DNA of 64,000 nt from Minisyncoccia bacterium (lineage in GTDB: Bacteria; Patescibacteriota; Minisyncoccia; Phycocordibacterales; UBA9973): contig JBAQFC010000011.1 of NCBI GenBank assembly GCA_049287045.1, forward strand, positions 23,058 through 87,057, in the 5' to 3' direction. Below, piece by piece: positions 29,576 through 39,081 of the stretch (position 1 is the stretch's first letter; the number at the start of each line of letters is the position of its first letter). A program made the translations under genes and the position numbers. The notes under the pieces are model-generated. The model was not told the origin of the DNA and ran no database searches. It saw only the letters and a list, made by a program, of their open reading frames with translations.

Positions 29576-30142
29576 CTAATATTTTCGGATTACTGCTTTT
29601 AAAACAGCAATAACATTGAGACTATTTTCTGGGTAGATAGGTTTATAATTTTTATTAGCAGGCTGAAGCCAGACCTTACTGCCCTCTTTACGGAAATATT
29701 TCATTGTAAATTCTCCATCTACTTCAGCGATAACAATCTGCATATCTTTGGCTTGATTTGCCTTCTCAACAAGAACCATATCACCTTTTTCTATGTGTGC
29801 ATCAATCATTGAATCACCATCAACTTCCAACATATAAGTAAGAGATTTGTTCTGGATCAAAAGATCGTCGAGTTTTATCTTATCAGTCAGTTCTTCTTCT
29901 ACGCTCGCTGGTAATCCAGCTGTCACATAACCAAGCATAGGAATTTCTCCAAAAGATTCTGCAGGAATTAATCTACCAAGATGATCTTTTGCAACGACAC
30001 CTGCCTCAAGAAGTTTATTCACAATTTTAAAAATAGCATTCTTTGACTTGAAACCAAAAAGGTTCATCATCTCAGAGTAAGTGGGCATTCTTTTATTTTC
30101 CAAGTAAAAGGATTCTATTTTAGTTTGATAAACATTCTGCAT
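29576..30142 (-). CDS. lexA: LexA repressor (S24 peptidase with N-terminal wHTH)
   Basis: 188 aa with the GDSM catalytic Ser motif and a downstream Lys in an S24 fold. Confidence 0.85.
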   Translation of the reverse strand: MQNVYQTKIESFYLENKRMPTYSEMMNLFGFKSKNAIFKIVNKLLEAGVVAKDHLGRLIPAESFGEIPMLGYVTAGLPASVEEELTDKIKLDDLLIQNKSLTYMLEVDGDSMIDAHIEKGDMVLVEKANQAKDMQIVIAEVDGEFTMKYFRKEGSKVWLQPANKNYKPIYPENSLNVIAVLKAVIRKY

Positions 30143-30207
30143 AAATTAAATAATTTGAATTAAAAAAATTTGGGAACTAAAGCATTTTTATAAAATGCTC
30201 GTTCGAA

Positions 30208-30402
30208 CTAGCTGAAAGCTAGTTTTAGGAAAAATTTACTCAAAAAACCTTTTTTAGAATTATAACGAACCTTCTTTAGAAGTAATTTATGGTCTCTCGC
30301 CTCTTTGATATAAACTTCACCCTGCATGATCTTCAAATCAATTTTCTTATTGATGTTTTGTATCTCTCTTTCTAGTAACTTAAGATATTGTGTTTGTGAC
30401 AT
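30208..30402 (-). CDS. Small coiled-coil protein preceded by an SOS-box promoter, immediately upstream of lexA
   Basis: 64 aa ORF; a LexA-box promoter lies at 30443-30471; same strand as lexA. Confidence 0.4.
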   Translation of the reverse strand: MSQTQYLKLLEREIQNINKKIDLKIMQGEVYIKEARDHKLLLKKVRYNSKKGFLSKFFLKLAFS

Positions 30403-30442
30403 TGATTTTTATAAGTTATTTATTGATAAGTGACCTATACAT

Positions 30443-30471
30443 AGTATAGGTGAACGCTCGTTCACTGTCAA
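30443..30471 (-). promoter_or_regulatory. Promoter TTGACA-N17-TATACT with LexA (Cheo-type) box GAACgagcGTTC in the spacer
   Basis: On the minus strand the sequence reads GTTGACAgtGAACgagcGTTCaccTATACT. The -35 box is at 30471-30466, the SOS box on plus coordinates is 30452-30463, and the -10 box is at 30448-30443. Confidence 0.65.
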
Positions 30472-30518
30472 CAAAATAGTTGTGGATAACCTAAACAACA
30501 AAAAAGACTAGGTTTTAC

Positions 30519-31430
30519 CTAGTCTTTTTTGTTGTTTTTCTCAAAATCTTCTATTTTTTTTCGTTCTTCATCCTTTTTATTCTTTCCATCAATTTTGAAG
30601 CTTAATCCCCCTGTCACACTCACGTCCCCAGTAGTCTCTTCTTGTATAGACCCTTTCACTGAAATATTTTTTGTTAATCTTCCAGTCCCTTCAACATACG
30701 CATTCATCTTTCCTACACCAGACTGTTGCATATTATAAAGTTCTTGGTCGGTTCCACTAAAATTTTTTATTGGTAATGTTACTTTAACACCTCCTTCAAT
30801 ACTTCCATATTTTTCTCCACCTTTTTTTATATCAAGCTTTATAGACGGGTTAACCTTAAAAGAACCGTAAACATTATTATTTTTATAATTTATCTCTGGT
30901 CCTGCTTCATAATTAAAGTGCACTTTTTTTGTTGGGTCTTCTTTGCTTTTTACTGATATTCCAACATGGGCCGATGGTATTGTTTTATTTCCTTCAGAGG
31001 TGATTGTAGGTGTTTCAGAGATAAAACCATCAGGCCCAACTGGCATTATAGTTTTACCTGAGTAATCATTGTAATTATCTACTCCAATGCCCCCTTCTAG
31101 TTTAAGTGCAACGTCACTTGAATCTTTCTTTGCTAAAGTATAATCAAAATTAATAGATTTACTTTCTTGTAATAAATTATTCCTAAGACCTGAAGCTCCG
31201 GGGTTTACAATAAGCTCTTGTTGATTTATCTTGTCTCCGGTTATTTTTTTCTCGTCAGAGATATTTATAGTAAAACTTTTTTCTAATTTACTATCAGGAG
31301 CAACAACTTCAATAGTGTCTTTTTCTTTAGTGTCTGCCAAATTTTGAGAAATTGCTTTATCGGGTGTGGCTGCTACTGCTGTAGTGATACCAACAGCAAG
31401 CCCGATTTTTTTAAAAAAATTTTTATCCAT
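30519..31430 (-). CDS. Secreted hypothetical protein
   Basis: 303 aa with a signal peptide; a terminator lies at 30486-30535. Confidence 0.45.
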   Translation of the reverse strand: MDKNFFKKIGLAVGITTAVAATPDKAISQNLADTKEKDTIEVVAPDSKLEKSFTINISDEKKITGDKINQQELIVNPGASGLRNNLLQESKSINFDYTLAKKDSSDVALKLEGGIGVDNYNDYSGKTIMPVGPDGFISETPTITSEGNKTIPSAHVGISVKSKEDPTKKVHFNYEAGPEINYKNNNVYGSFKVNPSIKLDIKKGGEKYGSIEGGVKVTLPIKNFSGTDQELYNMQQSGVGKMNAYVEGTGRLTKNISVKGSIQEETTGDVSVTGGLSFKIDGKNKKDEERKKIEDFEKNNKKD

Positions 31431-31458
31431 AGTTGTATTATAACACCTTTATTTTCGA

Positions 31459-33015
31459 TCAGGAATTTACTTTTGGTCTATATTGTATAGCCTCAAGAAT
31501 GTGATTGGCGGAAATATCGTCTGAGTTTTCCAAGTCAGCTATTGTGCGAGCTATTTTTATTACACGGTGATATGCTCTTGCAGAGAGCGCTAATCTTTCT
31601 GCGCTATTATCTAAAAGATTTCTGACTTCATCCGTTAGCTTCACAATATTCGACAAATCTTTCACATTCATCTCGCTGTTTGTTTTTATATTTCGATCAA
31701 ATTTTTCAAATCTTTTTTTCTGTATTTCTCGAGCATTAGTTACTCTGTCTTTTATTTTTTCACTCTTCTCTCCCCCACCTTCTTCACCCAATTTTTTATA
31801 ATCAATATTATTTACTGAGACCCACAAATCAATACGATCCATTATTGGACCCGAAAGTTTTCTTTTATACCTATCAAGGTCTGATGGTTTACAAATACAA
31901 GCTTTTTGTTTTGATCCAGCATTACCACACGGACAAGGATTCATTGCAGCGACTAAAATAAAATTTGATGGAAATATTGCTGACCCTCGTGCACGAGAAA
32001 TCGAAACAATATTATCTTCCAATGGCTGTCGCAAGGATTCAATCACCCGTTTTTCAAATTCAGGAAACTCATCTAGAAACAAAACACCTCTATGTGCGAG
32101 TGTCACTTCTCCGGGTTTTGGATATGACCCTCCACCAATAAGTGATACATAAGACGAGGTATGATGCGGTGCACGAAAAGGTGGAGCTGAAACAAGTTCT
32201 CCATGTGTTGCTCCTGCCACAGAATGTATACCGGTAATTTCTAAAACTTCTTCTAAACCAAGGTCAGGTAAAAGTCCCGAGAAAGCTCGAGCGAGCATGG
32301 TCTTACCAGTCCCTGGTGGGCCATACATCGCAATATTATGTCCACCAGCTGCAGCTATTTCCAAACCACGTTTTGCACCTTCTTGTCCGCGAACATCTGC
32401 AAAGTCAGAACCTTTTCTTTCTTTGCTGTAATTTATTTCTGTTTTTGGTTGAACCGAAATTTTGCCCTGTCCCGCGGAGCTCTTTGAGCGAAGTGGGATT
32501 TCATCTGTGTGTTCTACTACTTCTTTTAAACTACTAGCACCAAAAATTTTAATACCATCTACAAGTGCCGCTTCGACAGCATTTTCTTTTGGTAAATATA
32601 TTTCTTCGAAACCCATTTTCTTGGCTTCCTGGGCTAGAGGCAAAGCACCTTTAATCCTCCTCAATGTTCCATCGAGTCCAAGTTCTCCCAAGAAAATCTT
32701 TTTCTCTGGATTAAATTTAATATCGCCAGCAGCGAGCATATAAGAAAGTGCAATACCAAGGTCAAAAAAAGATCCTTCTTTTTTAAGGTCTGCTGGTGAA
32801 AGAGAAACTATTATTTTTTGATTCTTTGCTTTTGGAGATTTAAAACCAGAATTTTTTATAGCTGAGCTGACACGGTCTTTTGATTCATCTACGGCTTTAT
32901 CTGGTAAACCAACAAGACTAAAAGAGTGGAGCCCTTTAGAAAGGTCCACTTCAATAGTCACGACAACCCCGGTGAGTAAATTTACTTGTGCTGAGTAAAC
33001 TTTCGCAAAACTCAT
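31459..33015 (-). CDS. YifB/ComM-family Mg-chelatase-like AAA+ ATPase
   Basis: 518 aa with a Walker A motif (GPPGTGKT) and the conserved ChlI/ComM architecture. Confidence 0.85.
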   Translation of the reverse strand: MSFAKVYSAQVNLLTGVVVTIEVDLSKGLHSFSLVGLPDKAVDESKDRVSSAIKNSGFKSPKAKNQKIIVSLSPADLKKEGSFFDLGIALSYMLAAGDIKFNPEKKIFLGELGLDGTLRRIKGALPLAQEAKKMGFEEIYLPKENAVEAALVDGIKIFGASSLKEVVEHTDEIPLRSKSSAGQGKISVQPKTEINYSKERKGSDFADVRGQEGAKRGLEIAAAGGHNIAMYGPPGTGKTMLARAFSGLLPDLGLEEVLEITGIHSVAGATHGELVSAPPFRAPHHTSSYVSLIGGGSYPKPGEVTLAHRGVLFLDEFPEFEKRVIESLRQPLEDNIVSISRARGSAIFPSNFILVAAMNPCPCGNAGSKQKACICKPSDLDRYKRKLSGPIMDRIDLWVSVNNIDYKKLGEEGGGEKSEKIKDRVTNAREIQKKRFEKFDRNIKTNSEMNVKDLSNIVKLTDEVRNLLDNSAERLALSARAYHRVIKIARTIADLENSDDISANHILEAIQYRPKVNS

Positions 33016-33027
33016 TTTTAAAAAAAA

Positions 33028-33396
33028 TTATCCGTTTAAATGTTCTTTACAAGTTCGAGCTGCTGGATTAGCTTCCATGCGAGCTGCCTCGATTTCTTTT
33101 TTACATACTTCACACTTTCCAAAAGACTCTCTACTAATTCCTTTAAGAGCACGCAATATACTATTTAGTCTTGAGCCAAGTTCTCTTAACATTGAACTCT
33201 TTTCTTCATAATCAGCAAATCTATCTGCCATATCATTCTGATCAGCTTCAGGGATGTCCTGTTCCATTGGAGTTGCCTCCCATTCGCCTGTTTCTGGGTT
33301 TAATTTACCCATATCACGGACTTCTTCTAATAGAACATCTCTCTCTTTTTCTAGGTCTTCTTTTATTTTTTTCTTGTCTAATGTCATACTGAACAT
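33028..33396 (-). CDS. DksA/TraR-family C4 zinc-finger protein
   Basis: 122 aa with a C-terminal CEVCKKEIEAARMEANPAARTCKEH motif. Confidence 0.7.
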   Translation of the reverse strand: MFSMTLDKKKIKEDLEKERDVLLEEVRDMGKLNPETGEWEATPMEQDIPEADQNDMADRFADYEEKSSMLRELGSRLNSILRALKGISRESFGKCEVCKKEIEAARMEANPAARTCKEHLNG

Positions 33397-33443
33397 GATA
33401 ACATTTTAAATACTAATGGCAAATAACCCTTTTTTGTAAAAAA

Positions 33444-34298
33444 TTATTTCTTGATTTTACTAGAAGCCAATCGAAGCATTACTTCATTGGCAACATCCTC
33501 TTTATTTGTAATAATCACAGAGTTTTCGTCTGCAAAGACATACATTAATACTATCTTACCGTCTTTATCATAAAGGATACGAGCATTTTTATTCACAACA
33601 ATTCCATCTTCAAAATTTTTGGTCAATAAATAGCTCGTATCTGTTGAGATATCAACACCAAATAATCCATGTAAATCAAAAAACATTTTACCTTCCCAAG
33701 CCTGTAATGCTGAAAAAATATCAAAGAAAGAACGTGTTTTTAACAAAATAAATAAATCGTTTGTATCATTTTTTGTGATTCCTATTAGGAAATTATCACT
33801 TACGAGTGGAATCTGACTTTGATTAAGATTCGCGTTAATCAAACTTAAAAACTTCTTTAATCCTATAGGTGCAGATTTATTTTCTGTTAGATAAATTCCC
33901 TCTACTCCACCCTTTTTAACTTTTGTGGCATTTACTTGGCTATAAATTGTTTTAACAACATTTTCAACATTCAATCCACCAACTTCTACAATTTTTGCCT
34001 CGTCTGTAAAAATTAAAGGTGAAAATTGCAAAGCCACTGGCACTGTAGAGATTTGTTGTTTCAAGATAAGAATAAAAGCGACGGATCCAACAGCCAGAAT
34101 AACAAACACAATACTAATCAACATAAAAGTTTTATTTCTTCTACTTTCAGGAGATAAATTTTCTTTTTCTTGTTCCTGCTCTTCTTTTTCGTGAATTATT
34201 TTCTTAATAAGTCCTCCTTCATTAATTTCAATAACCTTCGCCATATCCCCGGCATAAGTTTGAACAATCTTATTCTGTTTCTTATTTTCTGGTATCAT
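33444..34298 (-). CDS. Membrane-anchored hypothetical protein
   Basis: 284 aa with one transmembrane segment near residue 60. Confidence 0.45.
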   Translation of the reverse strand: MIPENKKQNKIVQTYAGDMAKVIEINEGGLIKKIIHEKEEQEQEKENLSPESRRNKTFMLISIVFVILAVGSVAFILILKQQISTVPVALQFSPLIFTDEAKIVEVGGLNVENVVKTIYSQVNATKVKKGGVEGIYLTENKSAPIGLKKFLSLINANLNQSQIPLVSDNFLIGITKNDTNDLFILLKTRSFFDIFSALQAWEGKMFFDLHGLFGVDISTDTSYLLTKNFEDGIVVNKNARILYDKDGKIVLMYVFADENSVIITNKEDVANEVMLRLASSKIKK

Positions 34299-34335
34299 TA
34301 TTTTTAACTATTCCAATACATCCTTATTATACAAA

Positions 34336-34593
34336 TTAATTGTACAATTCACTATGTGTACCAATATGAGTAAATATAACAGTGTCACCCACTGCTTCAT
34401 ATAAAGCACGAACATCACCTGTTATATTTACACTTCTGCATCCTTCGTATGGATAATGCACATAATGATTATTTAATATTTCGGAAAACTGGTCAATTCC
34501 GAAAATAGTCAATCTCTCATAAAATTTTTCCTGGATTTTTATAGGAAGTTTCTCAAACTTTTTGTTAAACTTTTTATGAAAAGTAATTCTCAT
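34336..34593 (-). CDS. Type II toxin, RelE/ParE family
   Basis: 85 aa ending in the RelE-like pattern …GCRSVNITGDVRALYEAVGDTVIFTHIGTHSELYN; overlaps the upstream antitoxin by 4 nt. Confidence 0.65.
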   Translation of the reverse strand: MRITFHKKFNKKFEKLPIKIQEKFYERLTIFGIDQFSEILNNHYVHYPYEGCRSVNITGDVRALYEAVGDTVIFTHIGTHSELYN

Positions 34594-34862
34594 AATTTCT
34601 TTAGAAAATCAATTGCTTCTTTTGTTGTACTAAAAGGCCCAGACAAATTCTTACCAGCCTTAATATCTCTTCTTGCCTCTTCGATAACCTTAATAGTTTT
34701 TTTATTAGGCATCGGTGCGGTAAACAATGCCTGTCTTTCTATGACAAAAGTCTTTAAATAATTATTCACCAAAGTACCAAGCGGAAGCCCCATCTCTTTT
34801 GCGAGCTTTTGAGCTTTTGTTTTTAATACCTTATCTGTTTTTATAAGCATTGTTGTATTCAT
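34590..34862 (-). CDS. Type II antitoxin, RelB/DinJ-like (RHH)
   Basis: MLIKTDKVLKTKAQKLAKEMGLPLGTLVNNYLKTF is DinJ-like. The start is probably at MNTTM (34862) or MLIKTD (34850) rather than the ORF-track start at 34919. Confidence 0.55.
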   Translation of the reverse strand: MNTTMLIKTDKVLKTKAQKLAKEMGLPLGTLVNNYLKTFVIERQALFTAPMPNKKTIKVIEEARRDIKAGKNLSGPFSTTKEAIDFLKKL

Positions 34863-35074
34863 ATACTCAAGTATATATTTTGGTATAGTTTTGTCAATAT
34901 GAAAAGGTAATGTGCACACACATTTATTGACAAGTTAACATATAAATGATATTGTGTTTTAGTGTCAGTTCTTTAATATCTTGTTTTAGTTTTACTTGTT
35001 TGGGTTATTTTGTATTTCCATTTTGGAATTTAAAGTAATCCAAATAAGCATCAACAATCTAAAACTTTATAATA

Positions 35075-36034
35075 ATGAAAAAACCAACTTTAATTTTAAC
35101 TACAGTTATAACGGCTTTAGTTGTTATATTATTTTTTAGTAATAAAATTGAATCAATGATAAGCTTTACCAATATGAATTGGCTTCCATATTCAATTGCA
35201 TCAACAATATTATTGGGAATTTCAATGTCCTTATATAAAATGCCCTCATTTAAAGGGTATAGTAGTTTCTTTTCTACTTTTTGGACAAATATTTTCTCTG
35301 CCTTTTTTGTTTTATTATCTCTAATAATCTTCGGCCAAAGTTACTTGTCCGGATTATTAAGTATTTCTTGGTATGCAATAATTTGGGGAGGATTCTTTGC
35401 TATCAATATGGTACTGCAAAAGATTTTACTTCATAGTGTTGAAACAAATTCAGCATATCCAGTTACATCTTCTATTGGAAGTATTGTTACTGTTTTGATC
35501 GGTATAACTGTTCTTTCTGAACATGTCTCCCTTGTACAAGCATTAGGAGTTATTATTATTTTGCTTTCCGTTTTTCTTTTTACAAGAAAAAGTGGTTCAT
35601 TCCCGTTGGATCAAAAGACAATTTTGCTTTCTCTTGGAATTATCGCTTCATCAACAGCATCAAAATATGTTCAAAAATTAGGAGCAGTCAATGATTCAGT
35701 TACTCATTTTATGTTATGGCAATATTTAGGAGCAGCAATTTTTGCCATTTTTATTGCTTACATTTTTGAGAAAAGAAAATTTAAAGAAATAACGCACTTG
35801 GGTAAATACTGGAAAGGTTCCGCGCTTATTGGTTTATTTTCTGTTTTAGGAGGTTATGCAATATTTAAAGCACTTTCTATTGGTCCACTTTCTGGAGTGT
35901 ATGCAATTCACCCAGCTTATACTTTTATAGCAGCAATTTTTGGTTTTGTTTTCTTTAAAGAAAAACTAACGAAAAAGAAAATAATTCTAGCACTAATAAG
36001 TATTGTGGGTATAATTCTTTTAAAGATTGGATAG
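35075..36034 (+). CDS. EamA/DMT-superfamily transporter
   Basis: 319 aa with about 10 transmembrane helices and the duplicated EamA topology. Confidence 0.7.
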   Translation: MKKPTLILTTVITALVVILFFSNKIESMISFTNMNWLPYSIASTILLGISMSLYKMPSFKGYSSFFSTFWTNIFSAFFVLLSLIIFGQSYLSGLLSISWYAIIWGGFFAINMVLQKILLHSVETNSAYPVTSSIGSIVTVLIGITVLSEHVSLVQALGVIIILLSVFLFTRKSGSFPLDQKTILLSLGIIASSTASKYVQKLGAVNDSVTHFMLWQYLGAAIFAIFIAYIFEKRKFKEITHLGKYWKGSALIGLFSVLGGYAIFKALSIGPLSGVYAIHPAYTFIAAIFGFVFFKEKLTKKKIILALISIVGIILLKIG

Positions 36035-36046
36035 AACTATATTAAA

Positions 36047-36076
36047 GGGCATGTCATAAATGACATGCCCTTTTTT
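36047..36076. terminator. Bidirectional terminator
   Basis: Hairpin gggcatgtcataaatgacatgccc followed by TTTTTT. Confidence 0.6.
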
Positions 36077-36103
36077 ATTTGTCTTTGTTTTTTAGATTAA
36101 GTA

Positions 36104-38224
36104 TTAAACCTTCGGTGCGAAGAAATCTTTATTTGCTTCTTTGATTGAAAGACTTATCTTGCCTCTTTGTGCATCAATAGCGATAACTTTCACTGGAACA
36201 ATCATACCTTCCTTTATTAGATCACTCACTCTTTCTACTCTAAATGGTGCTATTTCAGAAATATGAACCATACCGTCAGTCGCAGAATTCAAGCGAACGA
36301 AAGCTCCGAAGTCTGCAATCTTTACGACTTCACCTTGTAGGATTTCTCCAGGCTTGAACTCATGTGTCATTTCTTCTACGATTTTCTTTGCCTTTCCTGC
36401 AGAACCGTCTCTACCTGTGAAGTACACAGTACCATCGTCTTCGATAGTTATTTCTGCACCTGTTCTCTCTTTGATATCTTTAATCACTTTTCCACCAGAA
36501 CCAATAACTCCTCCGATTTGTTCTGGTTTGATTTTGATAACTAAAATTTCTGGAGCACTTGGAGAAATATTTTCACGAGGTTTTGGAATTTCTTTTTCGA
36601 TAGCATCGAGCAAAGTTAAACGAGCTTTCTTTCCCTGTACCATTGCTTCGGATAATATTTTAATTGAAACACCATCCACCTTCACATCGAGCTGAATTGC
36701 AGTAACACCTTCACGAGTACCAGCAACTTTGAAATCCATATCACCGTGATGATCTTCTGGTCCTTGAATATCTGTCAAAACTTTATACGCATCATCATGT
36801 TCATACATCAAACCCATCGCAATACCTGCGACAGGATTTTTAATCGGAACACCAGCATCCATGAGTGCGAGAGTGGACGCACAAATACTTGCTTGTGAAG
36901 TAGAACCATTCGATGCCATTGATTCAGAGACGATACGAATAGTGTAAGGGAAATCTTCTTTACTTGGAAGAACCATCGCAAGAGCTTTTTCAGCGAGAGC
37001 ACCGTGTCCGATTTCTCTGCGATTTGTAAATCCACTACGTCCAGTTTCTCCGGCTGAGAATGGAGGGAAATTGTAGTGGTGCATAAATCTTCTTGAAGCT
37101 TGTAAGTCCATTCCATTCACTTCTTGTTTATCACCAGGTCCACCGAGAGTGAGTGCTGAGAGCACGTGTGTACCTCCGCGGTAAAATATTCCTGAGCCAT
37201 GCAAAATTTTTGAGAGACCTCCAGCCTGTGCGTAAAGTTCACGAACTTCATCCATCGCACGACCATCAGCTCTCTTGTTTTCTTTGACAGCTTTTTCATG
37301 AAGCATGTCATTTTCTGTATCATCAAAAATGTCATCCTCAAGTTGAAAATCTTTTCGATCACCATTTATATATTTCTCTTTTACCAAGTTATTCCATTCA
37401 TTATGAAGTGCATCGATTTTCTTTTTTCCTGGTCCAGCAAAAATTGCTTCCTCCATTTTTGGTAAAATATTTTCATTGAACAACGCAACAGATTCTTCAG
37501 AAATTTTGTCATGGATTATTACTCTTTTTTCTTTACCGATTTCTGCAATTATTTTTTTCTGAAAATCTTCAAGCTTGGTTATTTCAAGACTTGCTAGTTG
37601 AAGAGCTTCGGTAAGTTCCTCTTCTTTTACTTGTCGAGCAGCTGCCTCGATCATATTGATAGTACCCTCTCTTCCACAAACAGTCAGATCAAATTTGTAT
37701 GGGTATTCTTCTTGTCGAAGATTAGTTGATGGATTTATTTTTAATATTTCAGTGTCATACTTTCCGACACGGACACAACCGATCGGACCCTTCCATGGAA
37801 TATTGGAAACAACGAGTGCAAGTGACGCAGCATTCACAGCGAGCATCGCAGGATCGTTATCATCACAAGCAATAACAGTGACGATGATCTGTACTGCATG
37901 TCTCAAGTTTTGGTCAAAGAGTGGACGAATAGTTCTGTCGATAACACGACATGCAAGAATGGCTTCATTGGAAGGTCTGCCTTCACGTCGGACATATTGT
38001 GATCCCAATATTTTTCCTGCAGCATAAAACTTTTCTGCATAGTCGACAGTCAAATTAAAAAATCCAAGACCTGCTTGTTTGTCTTTTGACATACAAGCAG
38101 TAGCGAGAACTATCGTCTCACCATATTTCAACATCACTGAACCATGAGCTTGGTCAGCTAAATCTGAAAAAATAGCGGTCATGATTTTTCCACCGATTTC
38201 TACTTCATACTCTTTCTTTTGCAT
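36104..38224 (-). CDS. pnp: Polynucleotide phosphorylase
   Basis: 706 aa: two RNase PH domains followed by KH and S1 domains. Confidence 0.92.
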   Translation of the reverse strand: MQKKEYEVEIGGKIMTAIFSDLADQAHGSVMLKYGETIVLATACMSKDKQAGLGFFNLTVDYAEKFYAAGKILGSQYVRREGRPSNEAILACRVIDRTIRPLFDQNLRHAVQIIVTVIACDDNDPAMLAVNAASLALVVSNIPWKGPIGCVRVGKYDTEILKINPSTNLRQEEYPYKFDLTVCGREGTINMIEAAARQVKEEELTEALQLASLEITKLEDFQKKIIAEIGKEKRVIIHDKISEESVALFNENILPKMEEAIFAGPGKKKIDALHNEWNNLVKEKYINGDRKDFQLEDDIFDDTENDMLHEKAVKENKRADGRAMDEVRELYAQAGGLSKILHGSGIFYRGGTHVLSALTLGGPGDKQEVNGMDLQASRRFMHHYNFPPFSAGETGRSGFTNRREIGHGALAEKALAMVLPSKEDFPYTIRIVSESMASNGSTSQASICASTLALMDAGVPIKNPVAGIAMGLMYEHDDAYKVLTDIQGPEDHHGDMDFKVAGTREGVTAIQLDVKVDGVSIKILSEAMVQGKKARLTLLDAIEKEIPKPRENISPSAPEILVIKIKPEQIGGVIGSGGKVIKDIKERTGAEITIEDDGTVYFTGRDGSAGKAKKIVEEMTHEFKPGEILQGEVVKIADFGAFVRLNSATDGMVHISEIAPFRVERVSDLIKEGMIVPVKVIAIDAQRGKISLSIKEANKDFFAPKV

Positions 38225-38235
38225 AATTTTTTATT

Positions 38236-38262
38236 CTCTCCAACTTCAAATTGGAGAGGTTT
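38236..38262 (-). promoter_or_regulatory. pnp leader hairpin sequestering the GGAGAG Shine-Dalgarno-like element
   Basis: Minus-strand RNA reads CUCUCCAAUUUGAAGUUGGAGAG-AAUAAAAAAUU-AUG. Confidence 0.45.
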
Positions 38263-38289
38263 AGTTCGTATCCAGACTGCAGTATTGTT

Positions 38290-38435
38290 CTCTGTACTGA
38301 ATACCCGAATGTGGAACATCCTGATTACCTAAGTGATTAACACCTTGATTACCTCGGTTGATTAACATTTCGAATACCCAAATATGGAACACTACCTTAT
38401 GTCTAGACGCGAACTGATTAACTAATAAACTACTG
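38290..38435 (-). repeat. Repeat array in the pnp leader (five TGATTA/TAATCA motifs; A1-B1-B2-A2 direct repeats)
   Basis: gaatacccgaatgtggaaca and gaatacccaaatatggaaca flank ctgattacctaagtgattaaca and cttgattacctcggttgattaaca; a fifth ctgattaacta lies at 38424. Confidence 0.6.
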
Positions 38436-38497
38436 ATAATGTTAGCATTTTTAAGATAAAACGCAAAAAAAATCTCCCCTTTCGGAGAGACTCTTTT

Positions 38498-39004
38498 TTA
38501 TTTCACACCAAACAAATATTTTCTAGGATTTTCAGATAGATCTACGAAGTCATCAGCCACTTCACGAAGTTTTGCAGAAGTAGATTTCCCAAAGGAAATC
38601 ACTTCCACCTGTGTCATAGTCTGAAGATATTCTACTAATGGTACGAAGTCCCCATCACCCGAAACAATAACAATAGTATCTAGGCGTGGAGCGTTTTTAA
38701 TCGCATCAACAGCTAGACCAACATCCCAATCTCCCTTCTTTGTTCCAGTATGAAAAATTTGTAAATCCTTGGTTTTGGTTTCAATACCAAGCTTGGTCAA
38801 TGCTTCAAAAAAATTCTTTTCCTCACCAGCTTCTGTCGTGATGACATATGCTACGGCTCGGACAAGTTTTCTTCCTGCCACCGCTTCTTTTAAAACTGCT
38901 CCGAAATTCACTCTAGCTTTATATAAATTTCGTGCACTGTGATACAAATTTTGTGTATCAATAAAAACTCCAACTCTCTGTTCTTTATGTTTAATTACTG
39001 TCAT
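38498..39004 (-). CDS. NYN-domain (LabA-like) protein
   Basis: 168 aa with RVGVFIDTQNLYHSA…VIVSGDGDF (PIN-like NYN); it lies between rpsO and pnp. Confidence 0.7.
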   Translation of the reverse strand: MTVIKHKEQRVGVFIDTQNLYHSARNLYKARVNFGAVLKEAVAGRKLVRAVAYVITTEAGEEKNFFEALTKLGIETKTKDLQIFHTGTKKGDWDVGLAVDAIKNAPRLDTIVIVSGDGDFVPLVEYLQTMTQVEVISFGKSTSAKLREVADDFVDLSENPRKYLFGVK

Positions 39005-39081
39005 ATATAAAAATTATTCTAATAATAAAAAATACCGACCTATCAAGATTATAGCACTTTTATAAAAACCACTGTTAATGA

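Noticed and set aside
30181-30224. Two 8-bp palindromes (AGCATTTTTATAAAATGCT, AACTAGCTGAAAGCTAGTT) between the small ORF and lexA as LexA operators
   Set aside because: Neither matches a known LexA consensus, whereas a canonical GAAC-N4-GTTC box sits in the upstream promoter. They may be other structural elements and are kept only as a note.
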